Assembly: GCF_006345805.1 (NCBI RefSeq)
Contig: NC_042998.1
Coordinates: forward strand, 28,954,001-29,018,000
Reading direction: 5' to 3'
Length of the DNA stretch: 64,000 nt
Source: Octopus sinensis
Taxonomy: Eukaryota
This document shows positions 1-11,915 of the stretch, one piece after another. Below the pieces are notes generated by a model, which was given only the letters and a program-made list of their open reading frames with translations, did not search any database and was not told where the DNA came from. The translations under genes and the position numbers were made by a program. Each line of letters starts with the position of its first letter. Within the stretch, counting starts at the first letter, position 1.

Positions 1-162
1 GGATTTGAAACCTATGTAAAGTGATATTATTATAGTATTCTAGGGCAGTAATTCTCAACCATTTTTTACCTATGAACTCTTTTGATTTTGGTTTTATTTG
101 GGTAAACCATCCACATAGCTATTCAATGTTTAAAAAGATCCTATTATATTGTTATTATTAAA

Positions 163-480
163 TCATCATCACCATCATCATCATTTAGCGTCTGCTTTCC
201 ATGCTAGCATGGGTTGGACGGTTCAACTGGGGTCTGTGAAGCCAGAAGGCTGCATCAGGCCCAGTCTGATCTGGAAGAGCTACTACGGCTGGATGCCCTT
301 CCTAACGCCAACCACTCCTTGAGTGTAGTGGGTGCTTTTTACGTGCCACCCGCACAGGTGCCAGACGGAGCTGGCAAACGGCCGCGGACAGATGGTGCTT
401 TTTACGTGCCACCGGCATGGGGGCCAGGCGAGGCTGGCAACGGCCACGATCGGATGTTGCTTTTTATGTGCCACCGGCAC
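163..480 (-). mobile_element. (GAT)n-tailed non-autonomous retroposon, family S3 (RTE-related), with internal ~60-bp tandem units
   Basis: Reverse complement of the core GTGGTTGGCGTTAGGAAGGGCATCC and tail AAACGATGATGAT; about 20 copies in the window. Confidence 0.85.
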
Positions 481-526
481 AGCAAATATTATTAGGAATT
501 GTATTTAAAACATTGTTAAAATATTA

Positions 527-934
527 GGCGCAGGAGTGGCTGTGTGGTAAGTAGCTTGCTTACCAACCACATGGTTCCGGGTTCAGTCTCACTGCATGGC
601 ATTTTGGGCAAGTGTCTTCTACTATTGCCTCGGGCTGACCAAAGCCTTGTGAGTGGATTTGGTAGATGGAACCTGAAAGAAGCCTGTCGTATATATGTAT
701 ATGTATGTATATATATATATGTGTGTGTGTTTGTGTGTCTGTGTTTGTTCCTCCAACATCGCTTGACATCGCTGGTGTGTTTACGTCCCCGTAACTTCGC
801 AGTTCGACAAAAGAGACCGATAGAATAAGTACTAGGCTTACAAAGAATAAGTCCTGGGGTCTATTTGCTCGACTAAAGGCAGTGCTCCAGCATGGCTGCA
901 GTCAAATGACTGAAACAAGTAAAAGAGTAAAGAG
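527..934 (+). mobile_element. tRNA-derived dimeric SINE, family S1 (two modules separated by TA/TG microsatellite)
   Basis: A-box-like GTGGCTGTGTGGTAAG and B-box-like GGTTCAGTC; second module ends GAAACAAGTAAAAGAGTAAAGAG; more than 12 copies in the window. Confidence 0.88.
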
Positions 935-2070
935 TATTGTGGAAGAATAACCAATCTAGTTCACATAATTTTACCAAAAAAACCTTATATGAACATCCCA
1001 GGGTCATAAGATTCCGCAGATGAGAGCCACTGATCTAAAGTTTCATGCCAAGACATTTGTCTGAGTTAGATAAGTTCCTTACTTGGAATTATGAAGATTT
1101 ATATATAGAAGCTGGGTGTGCAGATGTATGTGTTTCTTGGCCATGAAGTGGTAATAAAGTATCATATTGGCATAACTCCGATAAATTCTTTGTTTTTTCT
1201 TATCTGCTAAGAAAGAAAGTAAAGAAAAGAAAAACTGAGAAAGGAAAAAAAGAGACACTGCCAGGAACCCCATAAACTAACAGAGTTTGATGCAAAAAAA
1301 AAGAGAAATTGGTGATATTACATTGTGAAGCCAGCGATATCTTTACTCATGTGGTGACTGCCTAGATAATTAAGTTTAGAGCTCGTAAATAAGTTCGTCA
1401 ATTTTATAGCAGTGTTCTACCATTGTATTTTTGGAAACTAGCAAAGGTTTAAAAGTTTCTGTGCATGCACATTTGAATTTTAAAAAATGGATCTGGTTTT
1501 GTTTTATTTTGCTTTTATAATTCTTTTTGTGTTTTTTCTTGTCATTTTTACATTGTTATTTTGTCTCAGAATTTTCTCTTCTTGGTTATTCTTAAATTCT
1601 TTGTTCCACATTTTTGTGACTTTGTGCATTCTTTTATTCCCTTCCATTGTTTTAATCTCTTTTAATCCATTATTCACTTTCCATTTTTTTGTAGTTCATA
1701 TAATCTGCCTATTTTTTTTTTCTATGTCATTCATTTCACCCCCATTTTTAGTCCAATTTGTGAGAACTACAATTAATTAAATCTTTAATTAGATCAAAAA
1801 TGTGCTTCTGATAATGAGGGTTCATAATATTATCACTGATTTCCAGAACAGTTTGTTTATTGCTTGGATTCTTCCTTAGTAGCCTCCTGTTTGTTAGAAT
1901 ATCACACTGCTCTAAGCAGTGTTTAGTTTAGGAATTCCTGTCAGTTTAGTTACAATAAAAGCACTAATAACACAATACAGCCTTGCCTTCGCTTCTATCA
2001 CTGACGATCAGCAGTAGTCACAGTTATGAATGGTAGGGAAAATAATATGGTATGCAACAATGAGTTAGTA

Positions 2071-2335
2071 GTATTTCATCTGTCTTTACGTTCTGAGTTC
2101 AAATTCCACCGAGGTCAACTTTGCCTTTCATCCTTTTGGGGTCGATAAATCAAGTACCAGTTGTGTACTGGGGTCAATCTAATCGATTGCCCCCCCCCCA
2201 CCTCTCCAAAAATTTTGGGCCTTGTACCTAGGAGTAGAAAAAATATATATTTGATTAATGGTGGTGAGATGGCAGAAACAGTAGCACGCCGGGCGAAATG
2301 CTTAGCAGTTCCGAGTTCGATTCCAAGCAGTGACC
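2071..2335 (+). mobile_element. SINE family S2 fragments (central domain CTTTGCCTTTCATCCTTTCGGGGTCGATAAATTAAGTACCAG)
   Basis: Matches full copies at 16520, 22883, 42945, 56225 and 61505. Confidence 0.8.
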
Positions 2336-2375
2336 TGAATGATAATAATAATAATAATAATAATAACAGTAATAA

Positions 2376-2530
2376 TGACATCTAGAAATACCTTAGGAAT
2401 GAGAACCCAGGTTCGAAATTTCCCTAAGACACCTGATGAAGGCTGGAGGGTATATCAGCTGAAATGTTGTGTTAACAATAAACAAGAAGAGGACAAATAT
2501 CTGTCAAATGTAAATATTGTAAATAATCTT
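2376..2530 (+). mobile_element. Penelope-like element pLTR fragment, family A, with degenerate hammerhead (2428-2473)
   Basis: GACAC-CTGATGA-A-GGCTG..CAGCT-GAAAT-GTT-GTGTT; same family as 18195-18870 and 55730-55860. Confidence 0.72.
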
Positions 2531-3360
2531 TGAATCTATTTGTATATTTGGGTGACTATGATGCCTAATATTTACTGTAGCTGTATTTAGTATTTTTTGT
2601 AACTTTTGGCTGTTCAGTTTTTAACATTGGTTAACATAACGCTAATTTCTTTATGGTGTTGGTTGGTAAATATAATGTTGAATTCTTCCTCTCTAATTTG
2701 TATATAAATATTAGCTGTTGCTTTACTTATTGATATTATACTTATCAACATATAGCTCGTTTTACAGATTTTTTACCTTTTTCAGTTTGTATTTCAAAAA
2801 CTTTAGTACTTTAACCCTCTGTATTCTCAGTAGGTATTTTCTTTTTTATCAAAGTAGGCTAAATTTAGTGATTGTAATATAATACATCCATTATCCATTC
2901 TTCTGAAGAACTGTATTCATATCTTAACATGAGAATACATAAATTCTTTTGAATAGTAATGTCAAACATTTGAAATGGCAAAATACATATGGTTTTGTTG
3001 TTTAATGCATTGTCTTCAAAGAAAATGGAAATAATAATGGTGAAACATTTCTTTATCTTATCAGAATTTGAGAATTACTAAAAAGAAAAAAAAATATTAG
3101 CAGGTTCATGCAACAACCAACCAGGAAGTAAAATTGTTTCAAAGTTCTTGTTTGTTTATATCTGGGTCTAGAAATATTTTACTAAATCTATCTATGAGAA
3201 TATAATCAATTCCAGTCATGTGCATTGTATAACGTATGTCTGCTTCCCAATAGTTGTTCTTCTAAATGTACCACAGACTTCTGAATGCACAAGCATACAA
3301 CTGTACACATATGATGTCAAATATGGACAGTTATTCTTACAAAGAAAGAAACACAAATAT

Positions 3361-3800
3361 CATTATTATAGTTAGAGTGCAACGCATGCCATCAATGTAA
3401 CACTGGGGTAAAATATACGAAGCCCAGTATACCTATCATGACTACCCATCTGATAAGGGAACATCAGGCACATGCATTGCAACCATATATGCATGACCTG
3501 GTGATCTCAAATCAAGATAAACAGCACATGACCTTGCAGGTGGGGCCCAGTTAGAATTTTCTTCTGGTCGAGTAACCGATCCTGCTAAAAGGTCCCTGAA
3601 TAAGGGTTGTTTAAGGATGTTGAACGAAACACCCATGTTTCTAGAGGTGAATTATTCAAACCCCAAAGAATCCCTCTCAACACATGGCTATGATTCTCCC
3701 CCACTAGTTCTGCTTGTGATCAGAGATGCACATATCGTCAGCCACTAAGGGACATGGTCAACTAGTTATGGTCAAACAACTGACAAACAAATCTGTGGTA
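3361..3800 (-). mobile_element. 5'-truncated copy of an (AAT)n-flanked non-coding retroelement (family T)
   Basis: Reverse complement of 38825-39265; flanked by ATT repeats on both sides. Confidence 0.8.
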
Positions 3801-4817
3801 TTATTATTATTACTATTATTATTATTATTATTATCATCATCATCATCAGGTGCATTCACAACTAAATAAAATTGTTAAAGAAAAATTTTTATTTAATGAA
3901 AACTGAAGAAAGCCAAGTTGTGTACTTTGATTTCAAGAAGAGAAAACATTGACAATTATTGCCATAGTTGTCCTGGTATTAATTACTCTGATTCTGCTGC
4001 ATTTCATTCATAAACTTGTCTTGTTTCTTCTTGTTAAATGAAATCATTATTGTAGTACGGACTTGACAATCATTATTATTTACAGGCTTTGCTTGTTCGT
4101 AAATATTGTGTAACTTTAGCTTGAGTGACAACATTATTAAAGAAGCTTGTAAAGTTTGAAATTACATGACTTCCAACTAAATGAATAATTACATAAACAG
4201 TTATTACATCAAACTTGTAATTTGGTTTCCTCAAACAGTTTCTTGGCTAATGTTATTTGTGCGGGCTAAGAAAAATGATTTCCTTGCTTTTGAGAAGTGA
4301 CTTTCTGTTCACTTACCTTTGAACAAGCACAACAATTCATGATAAATTATTTAAACTGCTAAAAAGTATTTTTCAACTGTCACCAAAGTTACAAGTTCAT
4401 ATTCATTGCTATTACTTTACATTTCATTATTCAGTAAGTTGAAGAATAAAGGTATAAGAAAGAGATTATTAATATACTGAAGGTTTGCTTTGAATTAGTT
4501 AAGGGTAGTTTTGGAAATTACTAATTAAGAAAACATCCAAGCTATGCAGCATAGAGAAAAAAGATTAGAAAACAATCACATTTTTTTTTATCATAGGTTC
4601 TTTTTAACCTCTGGTCCTTCCTCAATAACGTTTTTATCGGTCAACTGTTGAACCTCATTGTCCTAGTGTTTCCTCTTGTCCACGAGGTGGGAAGTTAAAT
4701 TTGTCTTTGTATAGAGTCTGATGAGCTGTCCATAAGGCTGTAGTTTTAGCTTTCATGGATAAAAAAACCATTAGTCACTCTATGACCAGAATTTAACTTT
4801 TTGTTTGAATATGTCTA

Positions 4818-4861
<44 letters not shown>

Positions 4862-4890
4862 CTTCCTTCCTTCCTTCCTTCCTCCCTCCT
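4818..4890. repeat. Compound microsatellite (TATC)n(CCTT)n
   Basis: Direct reading. Confidence 0.95.
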
Positions 4891-5713
4891 TCCTACTAAT
4901 ATGAAATAAAGTCTTATGATAGCATGAAATGATAACATTATCACTAGCTACTTGGTCATGATTAGCATAAGCAAAACCAGTTGACTATGTAAATATCTTA
5001 TTTCCTAAGAATTTATATATAATTTTCCAACATAAAATCCAGGAAAATACTGTTGGAAAAATTGCAATCCAGTATTTGTTTTAGTTCTGTACCTTCTGAG
5101 TTCTATTCTCACTGAGGTCAACTTTACCTTTTATCCTTTCAAGGTCAATAAAGTTCTAATCAAAATACTATGATTGATGGAATCAACTAACCTGATCCTC
5201 TCAGATTTGCTTAACTTTGACCTTGGTGGAATTTGACATCAGAATGTAAAGCTCAGTGAAAATGCGTATTATTTTATTCCAAAAATATTTGAATTATATC
5301 TTCATGGTGTTTCATCATATATGTATCATTTAACATACACTATTAAAATAAGAGTTACCAATAGTTTCTTGCCTTAAAACATGTGGTTAGGCACGATTTT
5401 CTAACATGCTTTCTATCTCCAAGCAATCACCATGCTCTGAGCACATGGCTTGGTATATATGAAATTTAGGATGCTGATTAATGAGAAGCCATAAGAAAAA
5501 AAATGGAAAGGGTGAATGATAAGACAAAGGGTAAATAAAAATGGAAAAAGAAAAGAAAAGAAAGAAATTAGAGTTACATCTCCTTTCACTGTAAAAAACA
5601 TAATGAAACTAGATGTAGAATAATTCAGTGGTGAGGGATCCAAAGTCTGCGAATCAAGTGCTCAATCTAGAGACGGTAGTGTCCTTTAGCTCACTAAAAG
5701 AAATTTGTTCATA

Positions 5714-5824
5714 TGCTTGCATTTGCTGACAATTTCAGATCTGGAATTAAATAGTGTGATGTTGAACAAAGAATTCCATGACACTTCTTAATTCCATATC
5801 TGAAATTTTCAGCAAATGCAAACA
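5714..5824. repeat. Inverted repeat / hairpin, 37-bp arms (34/37 paired)
   Basis: 5714-5750 is the reverse complement of 5788-5824. Confidence 0.9.
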
Positions 5825-6720
5825 TCTGGACGCTGACATAGAATTTAACTTGTGTTACCAACCAAGACTATTTGCCTTTGTATAGCAAAAGACTAAAATG
5901 AAATTTGTCATAGAACATTACTTACTGTGATTTTATCCAAAAAACAATTTTGTGAAGTCAAATATTCTTTTGTTTCCGTTTTAAGGACTGAATCGCTTGC
6001 ATGATGAGGCTTCTCTGATGACCTTCCTCCATTCAACTCTCCTTAGAGATTCTTACTACTTCTTATCCTTTTGTATTGTTTCCTTGATGACCATCAAACA
6101 ATTTCTCTTCTTTCCCCCATCTTCATTACAGCTATAATAGCATCAAATCATTATTTTTGAGTAGTAGTATATTAAAATCATGACAATCTGGAGTTAAACT
6201 ACTACTACAGCCCCCACCCCACCCCATGCCATTCAGGTCAGCACTTATTTATTAGACCTGTGATCAAAGACATTCCAGCTTTGATGAATCCATCTTTTCT
6301 TATTAATCTAAGACCATATCGTCCAATTATTTTTAACATTACAAGCTTCAGCTTCATGTGGTTGAGGTGGGTAGAAAATGTTTTTTTCACAACACTAGAT
6401 TAATAGCTGGTATCATGATCAGGATTCTCACCATCCTTATGCTTGTTATCCTCACCATCATCATTGTTGTCATTTACAGTCTCTCCATCATCATTGCTTT
6501 CTCTTTGCTTTTCCATATATCTAGAATCTAAAATGAAAGCATTGTATTCTTATGAAGTTTCTGAGGCAATGCTTTACAGCTAGGCGCTCATCATTTTGCC
6601 GAGCCCTTTAGCCACCTCTCATGAAACACCTATCCAAAAACTGGGATACACATGGCAGCTGTTTAATTGTGTGTGTGTACATGTATAGTTCTGGTATTTT
6701 GTATACAATACTACTAGTAC

Positions 6721-7053
6721 TTTGTAGTAAAGATTGTTTGCCTACATAACATGGCAGTCCTGTTTTAGGACGAATGTTGCTGTAATTTAGCCCCAGGAGA
6801 CATCGTCTCCAGCTGGCTATACAACACAATCTGTGTCCTTATATTTTCGAACAAGGGAATCTTGCACCCCCACTCAGCTCAAAACGACATCTATGTATTG
6901 TGATTTCTGGGTTATTTCCCTTGTTCTAAAATATAAGGACACAGATTGTGTCATATAGCTAGCTGGAGATGATGTCTCCCGGGGCTAATTACAGCAACAT
7001 TCGTCCTAAACCAGGACTGCCATATTATGTTGGCAAACAATCTTTACTACAAA
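6721..7053. mobile_element. Fold-back element with ~140-bp inverted arms
   Basis: 6721-6860 is the reverse complement of 6914-7053 (roughly 90% identity by eye). Confidence 0.85.
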
Positions 7054-7246
7054 TTACTGTTGCTGAATATCTCATGTTGTGAGATTTAAAAAAATAGTCA
7101 TTTACTACTAGAATTGATTAGTGCCCTGATTGTCAATTGTGTATCAAATTCACAGGTCTGTTAGCTGTAGTCAAATAATGGCAATTATTTATCATAGAGT
7201 AACAATATACCTTCTTATGTTGATGCAGTCTTTAAGATTATATTAA

Positions 7247-7590
7247 TGTGCCAGCCTCACCTGGCCTCCGTGCTTGTGGCACGTAAAAAGCACCATCTGA
7301 TCATGGCCATTGTGAGCCTCGCCTGGCCTCCGTGCCGGTGGCACGTAAAAAGCACCATTCGATCATGGCCATTTGCCAGCCTCGTCTGGCACCTGTGCCA
7401 GTGGCACGTAAAAAGCACCCACTACACTCATGGAGTGGTTGGCATTAGGAAGGGCATCCAGCCGTAGAAACATTGCCAGATCAGACTGGGCCTGGTGCAG
7501 CCTTTTGGCTTCCCAGACCCCAGTTGAACCGCGCAACCCATGCTAGCATGGAAAGCGGATGCTAAACGATGATGATGAAGATGATGATGA
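7247..7590 (+). mobile_element. Family S3 retroposon with 3 tandem units and (GAT)n tail
   Basis: GTGCCGGTGGCACGTAAAAAGCACC units, GGAAGGGCATCC core, GATGATGAT tail. Confidence 0.88.
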
Positions 7591-8679
7591 GACCAAATGA
7601 GATTGTGAAAATGATGTCTTTTACCAAGACAAATAAGTTAGAAGAATTGTTACTCAACCTGAAGTCAGTCCTGACCAAACAAGACAGGATAAAAGGCATT
7701 CTTGTGTTAATTCTGTATATGATGGCTGCATTGTACAATGTGTAATTTTCTCTGTTTACCACAATCTGGTACACTTTGATGGAAATTTGGCTGCTTTGTC
7801 TAGCTTGTTGAAGAACCACACAGAGGCTCTCTCACTGCCTCATTAAAAGTATTATTTAGTTATGCCATTCTTATCTGTGGCACTCATAAGAGTAATCGAT
7901 ACAAAATATTATACAGTAAAGTCAAAAGTGTTTGAAAACAATCTGTGGTCTAAATTTAACTCCACAAGAAAATACTGCGATTTGTTTGATAATTAACAAT
8001 GGCCAAAGAATACAGAGAAGGTCACTGCTGAAAATTAAATCTTGTGATTGATGGATGCAACATAAAACAGATGGTATGGTAAACAATTCCATAATTCATG
8101 AATAACAGATGGCAAGCAAATAAAGACTGCCCAACAACAGTTTTAGTAACCTCCAGCTTTATGACAGTTTCAGAGTCTACATAATTGATACTTAACTAAT
8201 TGTATGTTTTGTTTACTTAGATTGATTCTAGAATATTGTCAATATGTCTGATTTTGGTTTTGCATTTTTTTTTTTTTAATTATCCATTGTAATTTGCTTA
8301 TTGCATTTTGAAATGTTTTTCTCATTTTTAATATCCACATTCTTGTGGTTTCCATTTATGTGTCTTTTCATTGAGGAAGTTTAAGAGGTTCCTTTCTTTT
8401 CTCGGTGAAATTTTTATCATTGTACATCGAAACACTTGTAAGTTATCTCAGTTTGGTTCGGCCTGTTTTGTATTATCATCATTCAGTCATTTTCAGACGT
8501 TCTGATATTATGTTTGTGTCATTTTACTTCAGTCCTAAAAATTCGTAATATTTTTATATAAAGAAAAAAACAAAAAAACAATAACCAACACAACAATAAT
8601 AAATTTAATGACCATTATATGTCAAATTTATTATTTTCGAAAAACATCTCTAATGTTATCATTTGAATTAATTAAAAAT

Positions 8680-8799
8680 TTTTTTTTTTTTCTGATTGCA
8701 GATACGTCAAGATTTAGAAAATTTTCATTCTGACAACAATTAATCCAGATAGCAAAAACAATTTGTATCTAGATAAGAAGCATTTAAAAATTTTCAATA
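8680..8799 (+). promoter_or_regulatory. Splice acceptor (AG at 8700-8701) and 98-nt 5' UTR portion of complexin exon A
   Basis: Long T tract followed by TCTGATTGCAG|ATACG; implies an upstream non-coding exon. Confidence 0.6.
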
Positions 8800-8854
8800 A
8801 TGGCGGCATTTATTGCAAAACAAATGGTTGGAGACCAACTGAAGTCTGTGAAAG
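8800..8854 (+). CDS. cplx: Complexin (synaphin), first coding exon (MAAFIAKQMVGDQLKSVK + G, phase 1)
   Basis: Translation matches the conserved invertebrate complexin N-terminus MAAFIAKQMVG. ATG has A at -3 and G at +4; in-frame TGA upstream at 8731-8733; donor AAAG|GTAATC at 8854/8855. Confidence 0.95.
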
Positions 8855-9711
8855 GTAATCTTTTTTTTCATATTATTTTGTTTCTTGGTGAAAATGTATA
8901 TTATTTAAATATTTTTATTCTTAAAATATTAAAATTTTATCATCGTGGTATTTCATCAACTTTACTTTTATTTTTCTATTTTTCTTATATTTTTGCAAAT
9001 ATTGTAGCTGATAAAAAAAAACAAAAAAAAAACACTGGACTGAATTCATTAAAGTATTTATTTTTGCCCCTCTGGGTTGTGTGATGTGTATTTGTTAGCA
9101 TTAATTTTGTATACCGTTGATTCACCGAATTATTGAGTGAATTAATTTAGCTATACCACCTTTCCCTCTGTATTTAGTCCTATAAATATAGAAGTGAATT
9201 ACTGTTGAGTTTTCGGATATGAGTTCTTGCAATTGGTTGGAAAGTGAAATATTTTATATTTAGGTATCACATCTACCATGGCTATTTTGTTGTAAGATAT
9301 TTCAGTTCTTATTCTCCATTTATGATCTGTTAGATGGTTGAGAACAAATTTCACAAATATTTGAAAGCTCAGTGGTTATTTGGAAAGGGGAAATGCCTAT
9401 TCCAGCAATGTAGAATTACCAGCACATAAGCCTTATAAGATAATGACAATATAAAAAAAATAATAATAAAAAACTATATCAAAATTAAAAAAAAAAAATA
9501 TAGAAGTTGTTTCTAGGTAACCTTCTGTGATTATATTTCTAATCAACAGATTGATTACATTTTAATTATAGTTAGCATAATGAACATTTTGGAGATGAAA
9601 GTGGAATTACTGTAGAGATGGATTCAACTTTTACTAGGATATAAGAGGTAAAAGTCAGGGTCTGGAACAGGTTCCGTGCCATAGAGAAAATACATAACTA
9701 CTTTCATTATA

Positions 9712-9895
9712 TCCACATCATTTAACATCCATCTACCATGTTGGCATGGGTTGAATACCTTGAGAGAATCTGATAGGTCGAAGAAATGTGCCATTCTCCT
9801 GTTGTCTGCTTTGGCATGGTTGGATGTCCTTCATAACTTTCACCATTTTACAAAGCATACTGAGTGCTTCTTTTCAGGGCACCGGTTCTAGCGAA
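9712..9895 (-). mobile_element. Diverged family S3 copy
   Basis: CATCATTTAACATCC..CATGTTGGCATGGGTTG..TTGGATGTCCTTC. Confidence 0.6.
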
Positions 9896-11315
9896 GTCCC
9901 TATATTGCTTGTTTTAGTAAGACATATAAGTTTCTATATTGGTATTTATCATAAATTGCTCTGAGTAACAGAAACTGCATGATAATGAGGACTTGGTTGA
10001 TGTTTTAATTTAAACATGAACACTTTAGTCTAGGTTATCGCAGGTGGATTGATATTCAAACAGATAATGCAACAAATATTACTGGCTATAACTTCACTTA
10101 TATCTGTCTGTGATTTTCTGACATTGAGAAAATTGGACATATTCTATTTGAAAAAATTTCTACTGCAGTCAAATGTCTATTTTAACATCAATTTTACAAA
10201 CTTATAAAGAAATTGCGTATATTTCTTGCTTTATATTATTTTATGTAAATCTTGTTCAGAGACAAAAACACAACTGCTTTGTCAAGTTTTAATCTATAAT
10301 GTAACTTCTTAATTTCTCGGTTATATTAGTTACCTTAGGTCAACCATTGAATACTTTTGACCAGTTGTTTATTGTGTCGTTTATAATCAATAACCATCAG
10401 GCCACCGGTTAAGCTTTAGCATAGAGCTTGGGTTCTAAAAATAAAATTGATGTTGTAATTATTTTTGTGACATTTTCTTGCAAGACAAATTGCTGCCATT
10501 AGTGTAATATGTCATGCCGAAATTCACAGAAGTTTCCTATCTGAAATGTAAATGAGTTCCTTTACTAAGAATTCTGTCATCTAATAGTTACTTTATATTG
10601 ATAAGACCATCTTTATTTACTATCCCTATTTTTTTTAATCAGCACTTCAAATACTAAAATAGATTGAAAATCTACAAAGGAAAAGCCATTAGTTCTCTGA
10701 CCTCTGGCTGTTTTTCCGCTATTAGATGTACGTCTTCGATTGGTAATCAAGTTGAAATATCTTATCTTACCAGTGATTGATTCTATGGCTTTTCACTTTC
10801 ACTTTGCTAATGAATCTATTCGTCACCATCATCATCATCATCATCAACATTCTCACCCTTATCATCAGCATCATCTGCTTTGCTTTTGTCAATGGTTTTC
10901 AGATTACAGTCCGTCAGAGTTCCTGCCCTCATTTTGATTTTCTTTACAAGCGTATTTCTCGCCTTTGTAATTCCATTCAAGATCACCACCACCACCACCA
11001 CCACCATCATCGTCATGATCCTCCTCTTCATCATTTCTTGGTGCAATCATCATGGTCATCATCTGCCTTCGTTAATTTTATTCTCCATCTTTCTTATTCT
11101 TCTCTATCTCCTTTCCTTTTATCTATTCCACAAGATCACATTTCAGAGTTCATCTGCTTTTTACACAGCTGTAATTAATTACACATTAAACATTTTTCAC
11201 TTTGTGCTATCAGCACAAGAACCTTCACATGGCCAATCAACCTGCTAGAAATATCAGCAAAATCTCCTTCACTATCTTAAATACTATCTTAAATAAAGAA
11301 TGAATATATTAGTTA

Positions 11316-11363
<48 letters not shown>

Positions 11364-11368
<5 letters not shown>

Positions 11369-11881
11369 AAGTATGTTTATGTGAAATGTTTTTGAGTGCA
11401 CTCATAAAAGCTCTTATGCTATTTATTCCGGTGATTGCTTATTCTTCCCATCTTCTAGAGAAAATTTATGGGAAAGTTATTTGTCTGGTGCCAGTAATAA
11501 CACTAATGCAACTTTAGCTTGAGGAAATGAACACATGTATTTACCATTTTGTTACCATATTTCTGTTGAGATACTCTGTGTTTCTTTCAGTTACTTTAAA
11601 TATAACAAAGAATTTAGTATAATAACTTAGTTATCATTCAGCTAGTGTTAGGAACATAAATTGTGACTAAGGTTTGGTGGAAGATTTTAATTCAAAACTT
11701 ATGAAAACAAGACATTTGTACTTAGAGCCAGAGCCAGTTTCAACCTGGTTGGTAACAAAAGGGTTCCGGGTTCTGCCCCGCTGCATGGCAACTTGAGCAA
11801 ATGTCTTCTACTATAGCCTCGGGTCAAGCCTTGTGAGTATATTTGGTAGACAGAAACTGAAAGTAGCTTATCGTATATATT

Positions 11882-11915
<34 letters not shown>

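Larger units (their letters stand above)
46..1032. mobile_element. hAT/Charlie-like MITE interrupted by two nested retroposons
   Basis: Ends CAGTAATTCTCAACC ... GATGAGAGCCACTG resemble the CAGTGGTTCTCAAC TIR type; flanks TTCTAGGG / ATCTAAAG fit the NTCTAGAN target preference. Confidence 0.55.

Noticed and set aside
4718-4760. CTGATGA as a hammerhead core or C/D snoRNA box C
   Set aside because: No GAAA after a stem II and no downstream CTGA box D seen.
7320-7480. Twister or HDV-like ribozyme in S3
   Set aside because: The twister L4 (UCCCAAGC-like) and the HDV P3/L3/P1.1 arrangement could not be fitted.
7580-7750. 51-codon open stretch RPNEIVKMMSFTKTNKLEELLLNLK
   Set aside because: No recognisable domain and no convincing splice signals.
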